Below are positions 1-14,719 of a stretch of DNA of 64,000 nt, piece by piece (the first letter of the stretch is position 1; every line of letters begins with the position of its first letter). The translations under genes and the position numbers were made by a program. Where the stretch lies: contig NC_042997.1 in assembly GCF_006345805.1 (NCBI RefSeq), forward strand, positions 102,362,001 to 102,426,000, in the 5' to 3' direction. The stretch is from Octopus sinensis (lineage: Eukaryota). The notes under the pieces were generated by a model. It saw nothing but the letters and a program-made list of their open reading frames with translations. It made no database searches and was not told the DNA's origin.

Positions 1-102
1 CTACAAAACATTTATTAAAACATTTGTCTTGCAAGATTCTTAATGTGAAATCGTTTGTTGAAACAGATATTGTTATATTTAGGGATGAGACAAAGAATAC
101 CT

Positions 103-630
103 TGTAGGGCAGGATTCGTGACAAAAGGACTTCCGGTAGGAGAAGGAAAACAAAAGAATGTCAACAGTGAGTGTGAAACGAATCTGAGTGAACTAAACAG
201 AAATAACTGACGACTTATGCCCGGATGTACGTAAAGTAATGAACCTTTGATAAATGTATTCTTGTCTCCACTAGTTTGTCTGGTGACCCCGACGATAGAA
301 CAATAGCTCTCGCTATCGAAACAAACATGGCTAGCAACAAAATAACACTGAGGCTACCACCGTTCTGGCCTAAGAGGGTTGAACTGTAGTTCGCGCAGGT
401 GGAAGCTCAATTCGATACAAACAAGGTAACGGCCGACCAAAGTAAGTACTCACACGTTGTGGCAGCACTAGAGGTGCTGGACATTTTAACCCATCCCCCA
501 CCAACGAAAAAATATGCCATACAGAAAGAAGACCCAAAAGTACTGCCTCCATAAAAGCATCGCCTGGGGCTGACCTCTCTCCACTGCAACAACTGCTTGG
601 TACGCTACTGCTCCACGACATCAACGATAA
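103..630 (+). mobile_element. Degenerate Ty3/Gypsy (CsRN1/Kabuki-like) 5' fragment: putative LTR, tRNA-Trp PBS and gag N-terminus
   Basis: TGTAGGG start at 103; PBS TGGTGACCCCGACG at 281-294; ATG at 327 reads MASNKITLRLPPFWPKRVEL*FAQVEAQFDTNKVTADQSKYSHVVAAL, the LPPFW..W FAQVEAQF gag motif of this clade with W changed to stop. Boundaries approximate. Confidence 0.75.
281..294 (+). promoter_or_regulatory. Primer-binding site complementary to the tRNA-Trp 3' end
   Basis: TGGTGACCCCGACG is the reverse complement of CGUCGGGGUCACCA and lies between an LTR-like stretch and a gag start. Confidence 0.75.
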
Positions 631-692
631 GGCAAGGTGTAAACGAAAAAATACTTATAATTTTAACAGCTTTTTTAGACATTAATTAATTA

Positions 693-696
<4 letters not shown>

Positions 697-774
<78 letters not shown>
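697..774. repeat. (TA)n microsatellite
   Basis: Pure TA dinucleotide run. Confidence 0.95.
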
Positions 775-779
<5 letters not shown>

Positions 780-3091
780 CTATTTATTCTACAAAATTCA
801 AGCAGTTTACCTGCAGTTGTTAGATACGCCAGAGCCGCAATCTTGAAGTGATTGTTTAGTCGATGGGTTTGATAGGCAAGGGATGACAGCCATCAGTACT
901 TCAAAATAATGAAAAGCGTGATTTATATAACTCAACACTTGAGAAACATTAGATTTAATGTTTTTAATTTTCATAAAATGATTATAACAATGACATGTTT
1001 TATGAATTTTAACGATGAATTTTAATCATGAATTTTAACGATGAAAGGAGGATTATCTTGATGAGAACAAGACGAACATATGTAAGTCATTAATTCAAGA
1101 TAGATTTTTAAGGTTCAAATATAACTATTAAAAGTAAAAATAAATTTTTTAAATTAGTTATTCGTAATCTCGCCATCCGAATAGAATATACTTCGCTGAG
1201 GATATCAACTAAAGCCAAAACATGTCCAATGCTTTCACTAGTTGAATTTTAAAATCCAGATCCACTCTAATCTGTGTCAATCCAGAAATGTCGAAAAACT
1301 CTTATGAGAGTTATCCCTCTTACTTGAAAGCGAAACATTCCGTTTAGGAGAATTTGAGAATTTAAATACCCCTATACTGAATATTTCTCTTAATTAATTG
1401 CCTGAACAATTTAAGAAAAACAATTACAGATATTTCGGATAATTCATTACATACATTTCAATAATTAATAATCGATCAAAGGCAGACCATTTCGTCTGAT
1501 GTAAGATATTTCGGGTTTTATATTTCGTTGTTTTCCATCTGAGGAAGTTATCTATAATGGACTGATTATTGATTATTGAAATATTCGAAATATCAATAAC
1601 TTGTTTTCTGTTCATTTATATTTACTGCGGCACTTATTATTCCATTCATATTAATTATTACAGAGTCCGTATTAATGTTGCTTTTTAGACATGAGAATAG
1701 AAGTTTAACATATCCGGATAATCGATCCCTTATTCCTTTGATCATTTGTCTTTCATTTTAATGCATCAAAAATAAGTACACACACATACACATACACTGA
1801 TCACTTTTAATCTCACCCAATAGAATATGTTTCTCCGAGGAGGAGACTAAAACAAGGTCGTTTTCCCCAGCTGGCTGTAACATCTTTAACATTTTTGGAC
1901 ATCTACATCGTCCAAAATTTCTATCAAGTGATCTTATTGGAATTATCTTTGTTGCTTGCTGTTTTCAGATTTTAAACATCCCTAGGGAATGAGCTCTTAC
2001 CATATTTAGAAGTACTATCTATCCCCACTTAAACGTTGATATTCTGTTAGAACAAACTATACTGCGGTAGATACTATGAGAGAAACTCTCTCACTACAAA
2101 ATGCACTTTTGTTTATATCGCTAGCGAGGAGATAAATTCTTGCTTTCTCCGGTGCCGAAACCACCGGGTCACGTGATTTTGACTTCTTTGGTCTTGTCAA
2201 TGATGGACACTCGACCGCTAGAAATAGCAGTGATTCATCTCCGCCAGCGATATATAGAATAAGAGGACCAGATCAGGTGCTGGTATCGCAATTAACCAGT
2301 GGGCTTGTTAAAAATACTATCATCTATTTGTATTCACTAAGCAGAACGCTTCATTGAGATATTTTCCTTCGGTCATAAATTGAAAGATTGTCTGGCTTTT
2401 TCGTAGCATAAATGCTAATGCATGTGTTTTTGCATGCAACTTTTTGTTAATGATTTCGAGAATATATTTTGGATGAAAAAAAAAGAAAGGAAGACATTTT
2501 CACTAGAAAAAATAAAATACAATTTCCTCCCCCTCTCCACTGAAACTCACAGGTCACCCCTTTGCCAGAGCATTTTCATAAGTTTGTCTTAAACGTCTGT
2601 GTTTGTTTCCAGATTTTTTGTTAGCATTTGTTTCATACGTTTCTTTCATAAATCCAAAGTTGCTCTGGTGGTTGAAAAAACTTGGGAATACGTATCGTAT
2701 ACGATGCATAGATGCCAGGGAAATATGTCCTGTGTATCATATGTGACAGACAGAACAGGTAAAGAGTTAAACTTATTTCATATGCATTGATAAGCAGGCG
2801 TAAATGGTGGGGGAGGGGACAATTTGATACAAAAAATAGATCGAAATAAATCGATAACTTACGTCCAAATGCTTTATTACAAACCCAAGATAAAAACTGG
2901 GTTTGTTGTTGAATGTTTGTTTGGGCAGTAGCATTGGTCATTTGGCACGATCCAGTATAAATAGTTTGAAGACAGGATACAAATTCTGGTAGATTTCTTT
3001 TTAGTTAACATGAAATTATAGAATGCAAAAAATAAATTATTAATTTATACAGTGATGAGTATTAATATTATACGTGCTCATTTTCATTTAA

Positions 3092-3330
3092 CCCTTTATC
3101 TGCGAGATTAAATTTCGTGGTTATTCCAGTAAAGATGTTAAATAGAATTGGTATTTTACTGCAAGTTACATCACCTCAATAAACTTGACATATCTAAAAA
3201 AAAAAAAAAAAGCAATTTCAAACATGACATTCCTCAACAGAAGAAAGAAACATTGTTAGATAAAGTTGCTTTTAGTAGTTAACGGTAATGAAATTTTGAG
3301 TGGATGTATCTGATTGCCGCAGTAAAGGGA
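3092..3330. mobile_element. piggyBac-like MITE
   Basis: TTAA on both flanks (3088-3091, 3331-3334); imperfect TIR CCCTTTATCTGCG / CGCAGTAAAGGG(A). Confidence 0.45.
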
Positions 3331-3411
3331 TTAAGCGTAATTTTGGAAGAAAAAAAAAACACGAAGTTCAGTATCATTATGTTTTATTGAAAGCTAACGA
3401 AAACAAATTAA

Positions 3412-3829
3412 GGATCTTTTCGGTTTGAACGGCAGTTTTTTAAAAATAATTTCCACGTAACTAAACACTTTTAAACATCGTATACTGGTAGAATGTGTTC
3501 ATAAAACATCTTTTTCTCTTGGCTTTATTGAAAAAATTCTATGGTTTGTAAGATATTTGTTGTTTTTTTTTCTTCAATTTCTGAAATTTCAACCAATCAA
3601 TGACGTCTGTTGAGGTGAAAACATTCTGTGCCGTATGAATATGTCCCTCGTTTAAGAAACAGATTGAGTTTATTTACATTTCTGAAGAAAAAAGATACCC
3701 TTCCCCCCACTCCTAACCCTAAACCTGAAACAGATTGAAATGCAATAGATCGATACTAGGGTCATAATTATGGGTGGCAATTTCATATGACACCGCTAGA
3801 AAAAACTGCCGTTCAAACCGAAAAGATCC
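3412..3829. mobile_element. Non-autonomous DNA transposon (Merlin-like MITE)
   Basis: About 30-bp perfect TIRs GGATCTTTTCGGTTTGAACGGCAGTTTTTT / AAAAAACTGCCGTTCAAACCGAAAAGATCC; exact 8-bp TSD CAAATTAA (3404-3411, 3830-3837). GG termini with an 8-bp TSD fit Merlin; the superfamily is inferred. Confidence 0.85.
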
Positions 3830-5210
3830 CAAATTAAAAGGGCAAAAATTAGATATTAGGAAAATAATATGAAAGTTACCAAAATATTCACAGATAATTT
3901 GTATTTATATAGTGTGTCGATGACATCATTCTCAGCTTGCGTATTTCATCTCACAATCAATGAAAAACTATCGAAATTGTCTTTCCGAGCAAAACGCGGA
4001 TTTTGATTGTTCAAAATATAATTCAAGTGCTAAAATTCCGTTACGAAAGAATTCGTAATTATTTTTTATACAATGAAAAGATATTCGGGTGTTTACGCAT
4101 GAGGCGAAAAGAGTTTAACTTACTAAATTACATTCACACACAGAAAGACATACACTCACAGATATATGCACACACAGACATATGCAGACAGATAGATATA
4201 TACACACACAGACATACACACACGTTTTATGCATACATACACACAAACTCAAATTCCGACTCACGTGTATATGTGTACGTGTATCAGTGAATACTCATGT
4301 GTGCCTGTGCTTCTACGTGTGTGTGAATATTTGTGTATACATATGTATGTGTATGTATATTTGTGTGTGTATGCTCGTGTGTGTGTGTGTGTGTTTGTGC
4401 ATGCTTGTGTGAGCGTGTGCGCGCACGCGCGAATGTTCCCAGAAAGCCATGCTATGCCGAATAACAATTGGCTTTGATGACATCTTTCTCCCAAAACATT
4501 AGAATGTGTATAGCCCATAATAAATATAGGTAGCAGAGTCCATTCAGAAATAATGAACTTCAACATTTTCATATATTCAAAAGATACAGGAACAATTTAT
4601 GCCATATTCCTAATTGGGAATAATCACTACTGTCCAAGGAAATCAGTGACAGCAAGTAGATCAATTCAATAAAATATCTGAAACAAAATACATTGGATAC
4701 TTGTCTGCCATTATAAAATTAATGGCGATGATTTCACGTTACATTTTCTTTTCTCTCGCGACACTTTAATACAATTCATCTAAAATATTTTACTGAACGG
4801 ATTTAGACTTTGGTTGCTTGAGCCTATATCATTAATTATTCTTAATAACAAGATACCAAGACAGCGAGCTGACAGAATCATAGAGCGTCGGGAAAAAATG
4901 CTTTGTGGCATTTCTTCGTCTTTTTACTTTCTGAGTTCAAATTATACCGAGTCTGACTTTGCAGTTCATTCTTTCAAGGTCAATATCATAAGTACCAGTT
5001 GAACAGTAGGATCGTTGTAATCGACTTACTCGCTTCCCTAAAACTGTTAGCTTGTGTTAAAATATTTGAAATCATTCTTTATAAGACACATGACATATCA
5101 AATGCCCCATCCAGCTAAGAGACAGAAAAATACTTAAGACTTTTACAATCTGATGAAAATTTTTTAGTAGTTATGTTATTATAAATTAGCAATATTAACT
5201 GTATCATTAA

Positions 5211-5400
5211 GGCGGCGAGATGGCGGAGCCGTTAGCATGTCAGGCAAAATGCTTAGCGGCATTTCGTTCGTCTTTACGTTCTGTGTTCAAGTCTACCGAA
5301 GTTGACTTTGACTTTCATTCTTTCGGGGTCGATAAAATAAGTACCAATCGAGCACTTACTCCCTCCTCCGAAATTGCTGGCCTTATGCCAAAATTTGAAA
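5211..5400 (+). mobile_element. tRNA-derived SINE, family A
   Basis: GGCGGCGAGATGGCGGAG head, GTTCAAG B-box-like motif and the central GACTTT.ACTTTCATTCTTTCGGGGTCGATAAAATAAGTACCA block shared with more than 10 other copies (e.g. ~4865-5070, 7420-7830, 10225-10440, 30395-30605, 37040-37210, 38900-39050, 59580-59785). Confidence 0.8.
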
Positions 5401-7206
5401 CCAGTATTATCTATATCGTTGATAACAACATTACCTCGAACACTAAATAGCAGAATGATGCATTATCTTCGTGTGAGACATATTGTAGTAAAAGCACTAT
5501 ACAAAACAAAAAAGCAAAAACAAAAAAAATACTTAACATCAATGAAAATACAAACGAATTTTATATCTACAAGACGTGCTCGTAATTTAAACGAAAAGAA
5601 AAAGATTTTTGCAAGACTACCTACTTAATTGAAACTAAAGTGCCTGATTTGTCCTCTAAGACAATGAACAAATGACATTACAGTTGCTGAGGTCACCTTC
5701 TCATCAGTTGTGGCTATCTCGTCTAAGACTGCAGGGAAGAATATCTATGATAATTTACTCCTAACATTTACTACTTTTTTCTTCTTTTTATATATATATA
5801 TATGTTTAAAACAACTATGGCTCTCTAAGAAATATCATAATGGATTCTAAACATCTGAGTAGCTAACCAAACAATTGAAAAATGACGTTGAAGCCTATGT
5901 ATAATACAGACATGCATACATACATACACACACACACATATCATATCATATATTATATTATATTATATTACATACCAGCGATCTGTGCTCTCAGACATAA
6001 AATTAAACGAAAGTAAGTTATAAAATTTATGCTACTTTGTGCTTCAAAAGAGAAATATCGTGGCAGTTAAAAGTGAAAACTAGAACTTAAAGAGTACGAA
6101 AGAATAAATGTATTGTTATAACTTTAGACTGTAATAGTAGGTACTTTTGGAACGGGAAAAATTGAGTAATATTGTAAAGAATTGTAGGATTCTTTGGTGA
6201 GGTTTCTGTCGTAAACAACAGAAGATTGTTATTCAAGGCAGAGTAAATTACAAGAAAAATAGTGTAAATATAATACGGCATAAGTTTTATTCTCTTTATG
6301 AAATCATCAGAAAGCAAGGACATCCTATTGAAAATTTTGTCAGCGTAAACTCAGCTTCAGTTAACTTTGAAAATGCGATGAAGAGTGGAACATACTGTTA
6401 AAACATCGATAAGACATTTTTGTTTGGTTGATTTTATTTGTTATAAATATCGCGTGATTAATTTACGGATCTGATAAGTTTTATGGTTCTTGTTTCAGAT
6501 TATTTTCCCCTCCAAGATAACCGGCGGTGATTGAAAGGTATTGCGTGACTGAAATAATAGCGCTAAGCAGATAGAGTCAAGGTGTATATTCTGAAAATTT
6601 GGAAAATATCTCTTTGACAGTTTTTGGTCTTTCTTCAAACACGTTAGCAGTGCACATTAATAAATTAGCTTGAACGATGAACTGAAGAACTATATTTTCC
6701 CTACCCTTCACTAAAAAATAACACAGAGCTAAGCTGCCACTCTCACAAAAATGCAAAGCCTTATAATTTCTGGTGGCTTTGTTTGACGAATATACATTTA
6801 TACTATAGGCAACGGTATACTACAAGGACTGAATAACATTTTCAGAGCTACAAAATACTTCAGGCTTGAATGTATAACTCATCCTGTTACAAATATACTT
6901 TAATTTACATTTCTACCCATATATTTTGGAAGAGGCACATTCTAGTCTGCAACTACAAAAAGGCATAGCCATCATCGTAATAAGTAAACCGTTATTTACC
7001 AATAATTCGAAACCACTAAACCAGCCGATATGTTTTCTCTTCTTTCGGTTTTTTCTCTATCACTAATACAATGATCTGAAAAATGCGAACCGATTAAACC
7101 CTACCGAAATTGCTTAATATGCGTGCTTTCTCACTTGTACTCATACTTCTCAGACTCCACACTGATCTCTTTACTTTATTTGAGCTTTTCGGAACCCACA
7201 CACGCA

Positions 7207-7209
<3 letters not shown>

Positions 7210-7297
<88 letters not shown>
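7210..7297. repeat. (CT)n microsatellite
   Basis: Pure CT run; source of the spurious SL/ER-repeat ORFs. Confidence 0.95.
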
Positions 7298-7301
<4 letters not shown>

Positions 7302-8085
7302 AAACTATAAGCGCCTAAACATCCTGAATCAATCTCTGCTACTATTCAATAGTTGAGAGCGACCTGAAATGGCCATGGGTACTTATTGTGTCACTGGACG
7401 AGCTTTATAATTCTTTTTACTTCATAAGACCTGAAATTTTGGGAAAAGGGGATAGTCGATTACACTGACCCCAGTGCTCAACTGTATCTTAGTTATCGAT
7501 CTCGAAAGGATGGAAGATAAAGTAGACCTCTGCAGAGAACTCAAAACGTGAAGACGGAAGAAATGCTGCAATGCATTTTGTCCAGCGTGCTAGCGATTCT
7601 ACCAACTCACTACCTTAACAATAATAACTACTTCTACTATAGGAACAGAGAATGGAATATTTGTGGATGGAAATTAGTCGATTACATCGCCCTCAGTGCT
7701 CAACTAGTACATTTACCGACCTCGAAAGGTTGAAAGGTAAAGACGACTTCGGCGGAATTTGAACTCAGAACGTAAAGACGGACGAAATACTGCTAAGCAT
7801 TTTGTCCGGAATGCTAACGAATCCACCAGCTCTTGGACTAGCTTAAATGTACAGGTCACTATAATTAACACGCTTTCTTTGTAGGTTTAAAGACTAGTCG
7901 ATATCGCCTAGTCAAGAATCATTAATAAAAGGATCATTATTTTCAAAAGAAATATTTAATTAAAAACTTAACATAACTCAGGCAAAATGCCCATGGACGT
8001 TTTGATATGCGTGTTTCAAACTGCTTAGGTTTAATATTAACTGATTATATTCGATGTTATAGAATGTAAAATATCTGGAACTTAC

Positions 8086-8227
8086 CCACAAACATAATGG
8101 TATTGTTGAATCGAAGCAGCCACAATGGATCCAATTTGTAATTGGCTTCCAATGTTGCCAAGTTGTTGGTCTAAGCATCTACTTGCCATGGCACTTGTTT
8201 GCACAGAACTACAAACATTGCTGCATT
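8086..8227 (-). other. Putative exon of an unidentified minus-strand transcript
   Basis: Acceptor TTTTTTGTTTATTTCAG|AAT and donor TGG|GTAAGT bound a 142-bp segment. One frame is open throughout (CSNVCSSVQTSAMASRCLDQQLGNIGSQLQIGSIVAASIQQYHYVCG) and contains a GCCATGG Kozak-like ATG. No homology recognised. Confidence 0.3.
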
Positions 8228-8796
8228 CTGAAATAAACAAAAAATTCGAAAAAAATACTTTAATGACTAAACTGAAATTAATAAATATGGCGTATGACTG
8301 TATAAGATAATCTGTTGATAAATAAAAGCTTTCGCTTGAAGATCAATCTTTGAAGATCGTCTTAATCAATAAAGATATCAGCCGAGGACAGGCTATAGGT
8401 TTTAACTGATATTAATTGTCATAAACTTTATTATTATCGGTCTTCGAAAATTACTTACATTGGCATGTATGTGTGTGATACGTTTGCATATATATCTCTC
8501 CATCAAAAGTCTAGGAATGAAGACAGTATTTATAACATTAAAAAGTTCGTCAATCGATAACAAAAGACAAAGTATTTAGAATAATTATGTATGTGCGTGT
8601 GCGTGTGCGTATGTATGTATATTCAGTGTATTCATTCGAAGCTAATTATTGCGATCATTTTGAAGCAAATCCTTGAATCCTTTTTCAGTCAAAAAAACAG
8701 GTGATAGCATTTCATGAACCATTAATTTTGTTACCAATAACCGTTTGATAATATTATCAGAGACACTTTCTGAGATTATAATAGTGGCTTCCACTC

Positions 8797-8832
<36 letters not shown>

Positions 8833-9488
8833 GCTACTAATAAAACTACATTAATACTTCACATATTTGCCAACATTTGACATAAAAGAATAATCACTTG
8901 ATTAAATATATTACAATTTCTTTCCACCTTTATGAAATATCTTGTTTAACAACAAAAAAAAAGTCCAAATTACTTACCAGCATTAATCAATATCGAAAAC
9001 AAAATTGCAAAATATCTTAACCACATGTCGATCTTCAAAATATCCAAAAATATATATAGAATTCAAAACGTTGCAGTCATAAGAAAAGTGATCTGGATAT
9101 ATTAAAAATGTTGACAACTAGTGATGCATACCATAAAAGGGAAATTCTCTGTAATATATGACGTAAGAAGATTCCAAATTCTGGTTGGTTATTAAAATCT
9201 GAAGAGTCCATTTCTTCATATAGGGATGTTGAAACAATAGATTGATTTCCACAATGAAAATAGATAATAAACAGTAATTTTAAAGTTATTACTTTTGGCT
9301 TTAAACTCTTACCTACATTCTATAAATATGTTGAATTTCTAAAAGTAATTCATAACAATGATGTCAAGATCAGAGAACAATATTTAAGGAACGCATCTTT
9401 AAAAACAATGGCTCCCGGATGTTCCGAGTTTTCAATAGACACTGTTTTCTCTGCATTATAATATCAGAATTATAACAAATATATATAT

Positions 9489-9588
<100 letters not shown>

Positions 9589-9769
9589 TTCATAAATAAA
9601 TCACAGAGTATTAAGCTATTTGCTTTAAGCTTTCAGTCAACTGAATCATTATAACATTGACATAAGGCCACAATTTTGAACGGATACAAAGAACTGAATC
9701 GACCAGAGTGCTTTATTAGTATTTATTTTATCGTCATTGGAGGATTGAAATGCCAGATCAGCCCCGAAA

Positions 9770-10400
9770 CATTTTGTACTGAAAGCGTAATGGGATTAAC
9801 AAACAATTATTATTTGCTTTCAGTAGGTTGTATATCACGGGTCACCATCTCAGTCTTTTGTTTCTTCTCCTTATACATTACTCTATTTTTATAAATCTTC
9901 CCAATTCTTGATATTATTTCATCCCGTTTTACGCTTCCTCTGCCTCTCTTTCCATTGATTTTCGCCTTTTAACAATTGTCATCATAAAGACTATGAGTCG
10001 AAGGCAAAAAAGGCCATGTTTTCTAATCAAGTTTCTAAAAGAGTTTAGTTTTCTCTTTTTGATGGTATTCAATATACCATCTTTTTGAAATTCATAATAG
10101 ATTTTGTGTTCTATCCATGATATTCTTAAGTGTCTTCTAATATACCCATATTCAAAGACTTGTAATTTATTTGATAGTATTTTTGTTTCATAACATTTTA
10201 AAAACCTACTTCTCTTAAGGCAACGAACGAGCTGACAGAATCGTTGAAACGTCGGGCAAAATGCTTAGCAGCATTTCGTCCGTCCTTATATTCTGAGTTC
10301 AAATTCCACCGGGGTCGACTTTGCCTTTCATCCTTTCGGGGTCGATAAATTAAATACCGATTGAGCTCTGGAGTCGATGTAATCGACTTACCCCTATCCC
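9770..10400. repeat. Left arm of a ~630-bp inverted duplication (partner 16630-17252): RTE-LINE 3' fragment plus SINE A
   Basis: Collinear reverse-complement match to 16630-17252, including the same LINE/SINE junction (CTTAAGGCAACGAACGAGCTG vs CAGCTCGTTCGTTGTCTTAAG). Confidence 0.85.
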
Positions 10401-10971
10401 CGCCTCGGAAACTACTGGCCTTGTGCTAAAATTTGAAACCAATGTTAATGTCACTTAATATTGGTATATTTGATATTTTTTCATATAATTTTCTAGCTCA
10501 GACATGAGCAACCTTTTCCGAGAGGCAGGCTGCATGAGACATGACTCGTCATGAGACTTGAGGCACTACTAAAAACAACTGAAAGTCATTTTTCGTTGGA
10601 GAGCCATTCAGAAAGTCGGGCCGCAGGTCACAATTTGCCCAAGGCTATTCTAGCTATTTCATTCTTTCATTTGATTTTTTTCTTTTTGCATTCCCGTTTT
10701 ATGATTGGATGTGTCTTATAGCAAAATATTTTAATTAAATACTACAAAATATATGTTTAATCGATTCTTTGTTATTTCTGGAACTTCCTCCCACCAGCAA
10801 TACCACCACTATCTTTAAAAGGAAGATGAATCTACTAATGGGAATCAAACGACACGTCTTAAACTTACTGAATAAATTTACAACCATTTACATCGTATTG
10901 TATATTCGTGAAAACAATTATCGCAGAAATATCAAAATGTTCATTCTTGAAGATATAGCTACAGTAATTCA

Positions 10972-11001
10972 TTACTACTACTACTACTACTATTACTACT
11001 A

Positions 11002-11050
<49 letters not shown>

Positions 11051-11115
11051 CGCTGCTGCTACTACTACTGCTTCGTCGTCGTCATCATCATTTCATCGTC
11101 TCATATCATCATCAT
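10972..11115. repeat. Compound trinucleotide microsatellite (TAC)n(TGC)n(GTC)n(ATC)n
   Basis: Seen directly; explains the poly-Y/poly-C ORF. Confidence 0.9.
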
Positions 11116-11323
11116 CGACACAGACAACGACTCTCACTACCGCCACCATTAAATATAGAAATAGGTCTATGTAAATGGAGTTTTTAACACTCGGGGATTC
11201 TAAACAAAATGGCCACCTGCTACAGGAAACGCATACTCTATATTTCAATTTCCAGTTATCATTCTTTATTTCTAGATCATTTTTTGTGTCGTTTTTAAGG
11301 ACTAAAAGTTGTTTTAAACATTA

Positions 11324-13056
11324 CACTGCTCAACAAGTATTTTCATCAAGCATATGTCAAGGTGTACTTAGTGTAGTTTTTAATGCTGTTTTTTGACATC
11401 ACGTACAGTTTTCAAAATGAGGAAGTGTTTTGGTTTTAGCGCATGCATTATCTAGAAATTACAATTAATGACGTGTTTGCATGTATCTCATTTACATCAT
11501 GGAAACATACCTTTAAAATAAACTACATTATTCATTGCTGCATATTTCAGATACAATATTTCATCATCTTAAATTAACCAATCAAGTTTTGTCTGAAATA
11601 GGTATTTCAACATCTCAAATTGTCCAGTCAGAATTGATCTGATGAAATATTTCATCAGCTCAAATTCAATATAAGTATAATAGTTTGTATCTATTTCCTT
11701 ATTTGTTTTACAGTGTTAAAAATGTCAAGTCAGTGTAGAAATCGTGCTGATGTGTTATTTTGTCATGTCGGTGGACAATTTATTGTGAAAGCTCCAAAAC
11801 GTACAATAACACCAGAGATCAAGTAGATGTATAAGCTATATTTTGGCTGTTCTCTTGCAAATCAGGATAAGTTATGAGCACCACATTTTATCTGCTCAAC
11901 TTGCTCAAATAGCTTACGTAACTGGTTCAATAATAAAAAGAAGTCCATGCCTTTTGCCATTCCAATGATATTGAGGGAGCCAAAAGACCATTCTAATGAC
12001 TGTTATTTCTGCAAAGTAAATTTTTACTTCATGTCAACGCCTATAAAAGATACTCATAGAAAATATGTGGAGATTTAAAAGTCATTGGAATGTTGATGGG
12101 AATGCAGTCAGGTTTCACAAAATACTGTTGTTTCTCGTGTCTATGAGATAGTCGGGCAACTGACAGACATTATTCGGAATCAAATTGGCAGGCAAGAATA
12201 TCATACCAGCCAGGACTGTCTAGCATCAAGAATACACCTCTTGTAGATCTATGTAATGTCCTATTGCCTCTTTTGCACATAAAGCTTGGACTGATGAAAC
12301 AGTTTGTAAAAACAATAGGGAAGAGAAATGCCAGAGAGTTTGAGTACATTTTAGAAAAGTTTTCCAAAATCTCACAGGCGAAGTTGAAAGAGAATATCTT
12401 TGTCGGACCACAAATTAGAAAAGTACTCAAAGATGTCAACTTCAAGACAACACTGGATGAACTGGAACTGCCTCTCTGGAGTGCTTTCAATAGGATCTGT
12501 GAGAATTTCTTGGGCAACAAGAAGGCAATGGACATCAAGAATCTTCTAAAATGTTATTCAGCAATGGGTTGTCGCACGTCACTGAAAGTTCACTTCTTGG
12601 ATTCTATCTGGACTTCTTCGCAGATAACATTGGAGCAGTGTCTGATGAACATGGGGAAAGATTTCACCAAGACATTAGTGCTATGGAGAATGACAGTATG
12701 CTGGCTGACTACTGCTGGACACTTTACCGTGATCAACCAGATCAGAAACACTGCAGGAAACCCAAATCACAATGTTTCTAACTCTGTTGTTATAACTTTG
12801 TTTTGTCTGAACCAATTTTTGTAGAATGATTTTTAACTCAGTAAACTTATTTACTTTCTAAAAATAATCTGTCCTTATTCATTACGTTAATGATTTCATA
12901 TACACAAATATGTAAATATTTGCTAGTATCTACTGAAAAACTGATATGTGCTGCATACAAATGGAGTGAAATTTTGAAATCAGAATGAAAAATTAGTCTA
13001 AAAATGTTGGTTTGCATTCATAATGAGTATAATACATTTAATTTTGTTGACCAGTG
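11324..13056 (+). mobile_element. Chapaev3 (CMC superfamily) DNA transposon, defective
   Basis: TIRs CACTGCTCAACAA / TTGTTGACCAGTG with 3-bp TSD TTA (TWA pattern) on both sides; encloses a transposase pseudogene. Confidence 0.85.
11722..12781 (+). pseudogene. Chapaev3-type transposase pseudogene
   Basis: Motifs QDK..APHFICSTC, MPFAIPMI.REPKDHSNDCYFC, ICGDLKVIGMLMGMQSGFTKYCCF, LHIKLGLMKQFVK, IFVGPQIRK, SLKVHFLDS, GAVSDEHGERFHQDI, MLADYCW; stops, frameshifts and an internal deletion near 12030-12060. Confidence 0.85.
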
Positions 13057-13111
13057 TTATTTACATATTTAAAACTTTTTATCCGCACAACGTCATATTA
13101 TACCCAAAAGA

Positions 13112-13345
13112 GGGCAGCGAGCTGGCAGAAACGTTAGCACGCCGGGCGAAATGCGTAGCCGTATTTCGTCTGCCGCTATGTTCTGAGTTCAAATTCCGCC
13201 GAGGTCGACTTTGCCTTTCATCCTTTCGGGGTCGATAAAGTAAGTACCAGTTACGCATTGGAGTCGATGTAATCGACTTAATCCGTTTGTCTGTCCTTGT
13301 TTGTCCTTTCTGTGTTTAGCCCTTTGTGGGCAATAAAGAAATAGA
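13112..13345 (+). mobile_element. tRNA-derived SINE, family A (young, near full-length)
   Basis: A-box-like TGGCAGAAACG, B-box GTTCAAATTCC and conserved central block; nearly identical to the copy at 18498-18725. Confidence 0.85.
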
Positions 13346-13609
13346 TATTATACCCAAAAGAATACATAGGGTGGTGGTATTAGTGGTGGTAGTGGTGGCG
13401 GTGGTGGTGGTGGTGGTGATGGTGGTGGTGGTGGTGGTGGTGGTGGTCGTCGTCGTCGTCATAGTAGTAGTAGTAGTTAGTAGTAGTGGTAGTAAGGGTA
13501 TATGAAAACAAGGTTCGGGTAGACCACGAGTGGAGGACACATGAAAGTGCTTGGTTGGGGTTAAGATCATAAAATCTTTACACAAGAAGTAGATTCGAAT
13601 CATGCACGA

Positions 13610-14693
<1,084 letters not shown>

Positions 14694-14719
14694 AAAGTCA
14701 TAAATGACAGAGAAATAGT

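Noticed and set aside
8900-9470. Possible Penelope RT remnant between TA tracts
   Set aside because: Too degenerate to recover a diagnostic motif by eye.
13112-13200. tRNA-like A/B boxes suggesting tRNA genes (also 18498 and 52851)
   Set aside because: These are heads of multi-copy SINEs; no complete cloverleaf or acceptor stem is seen.
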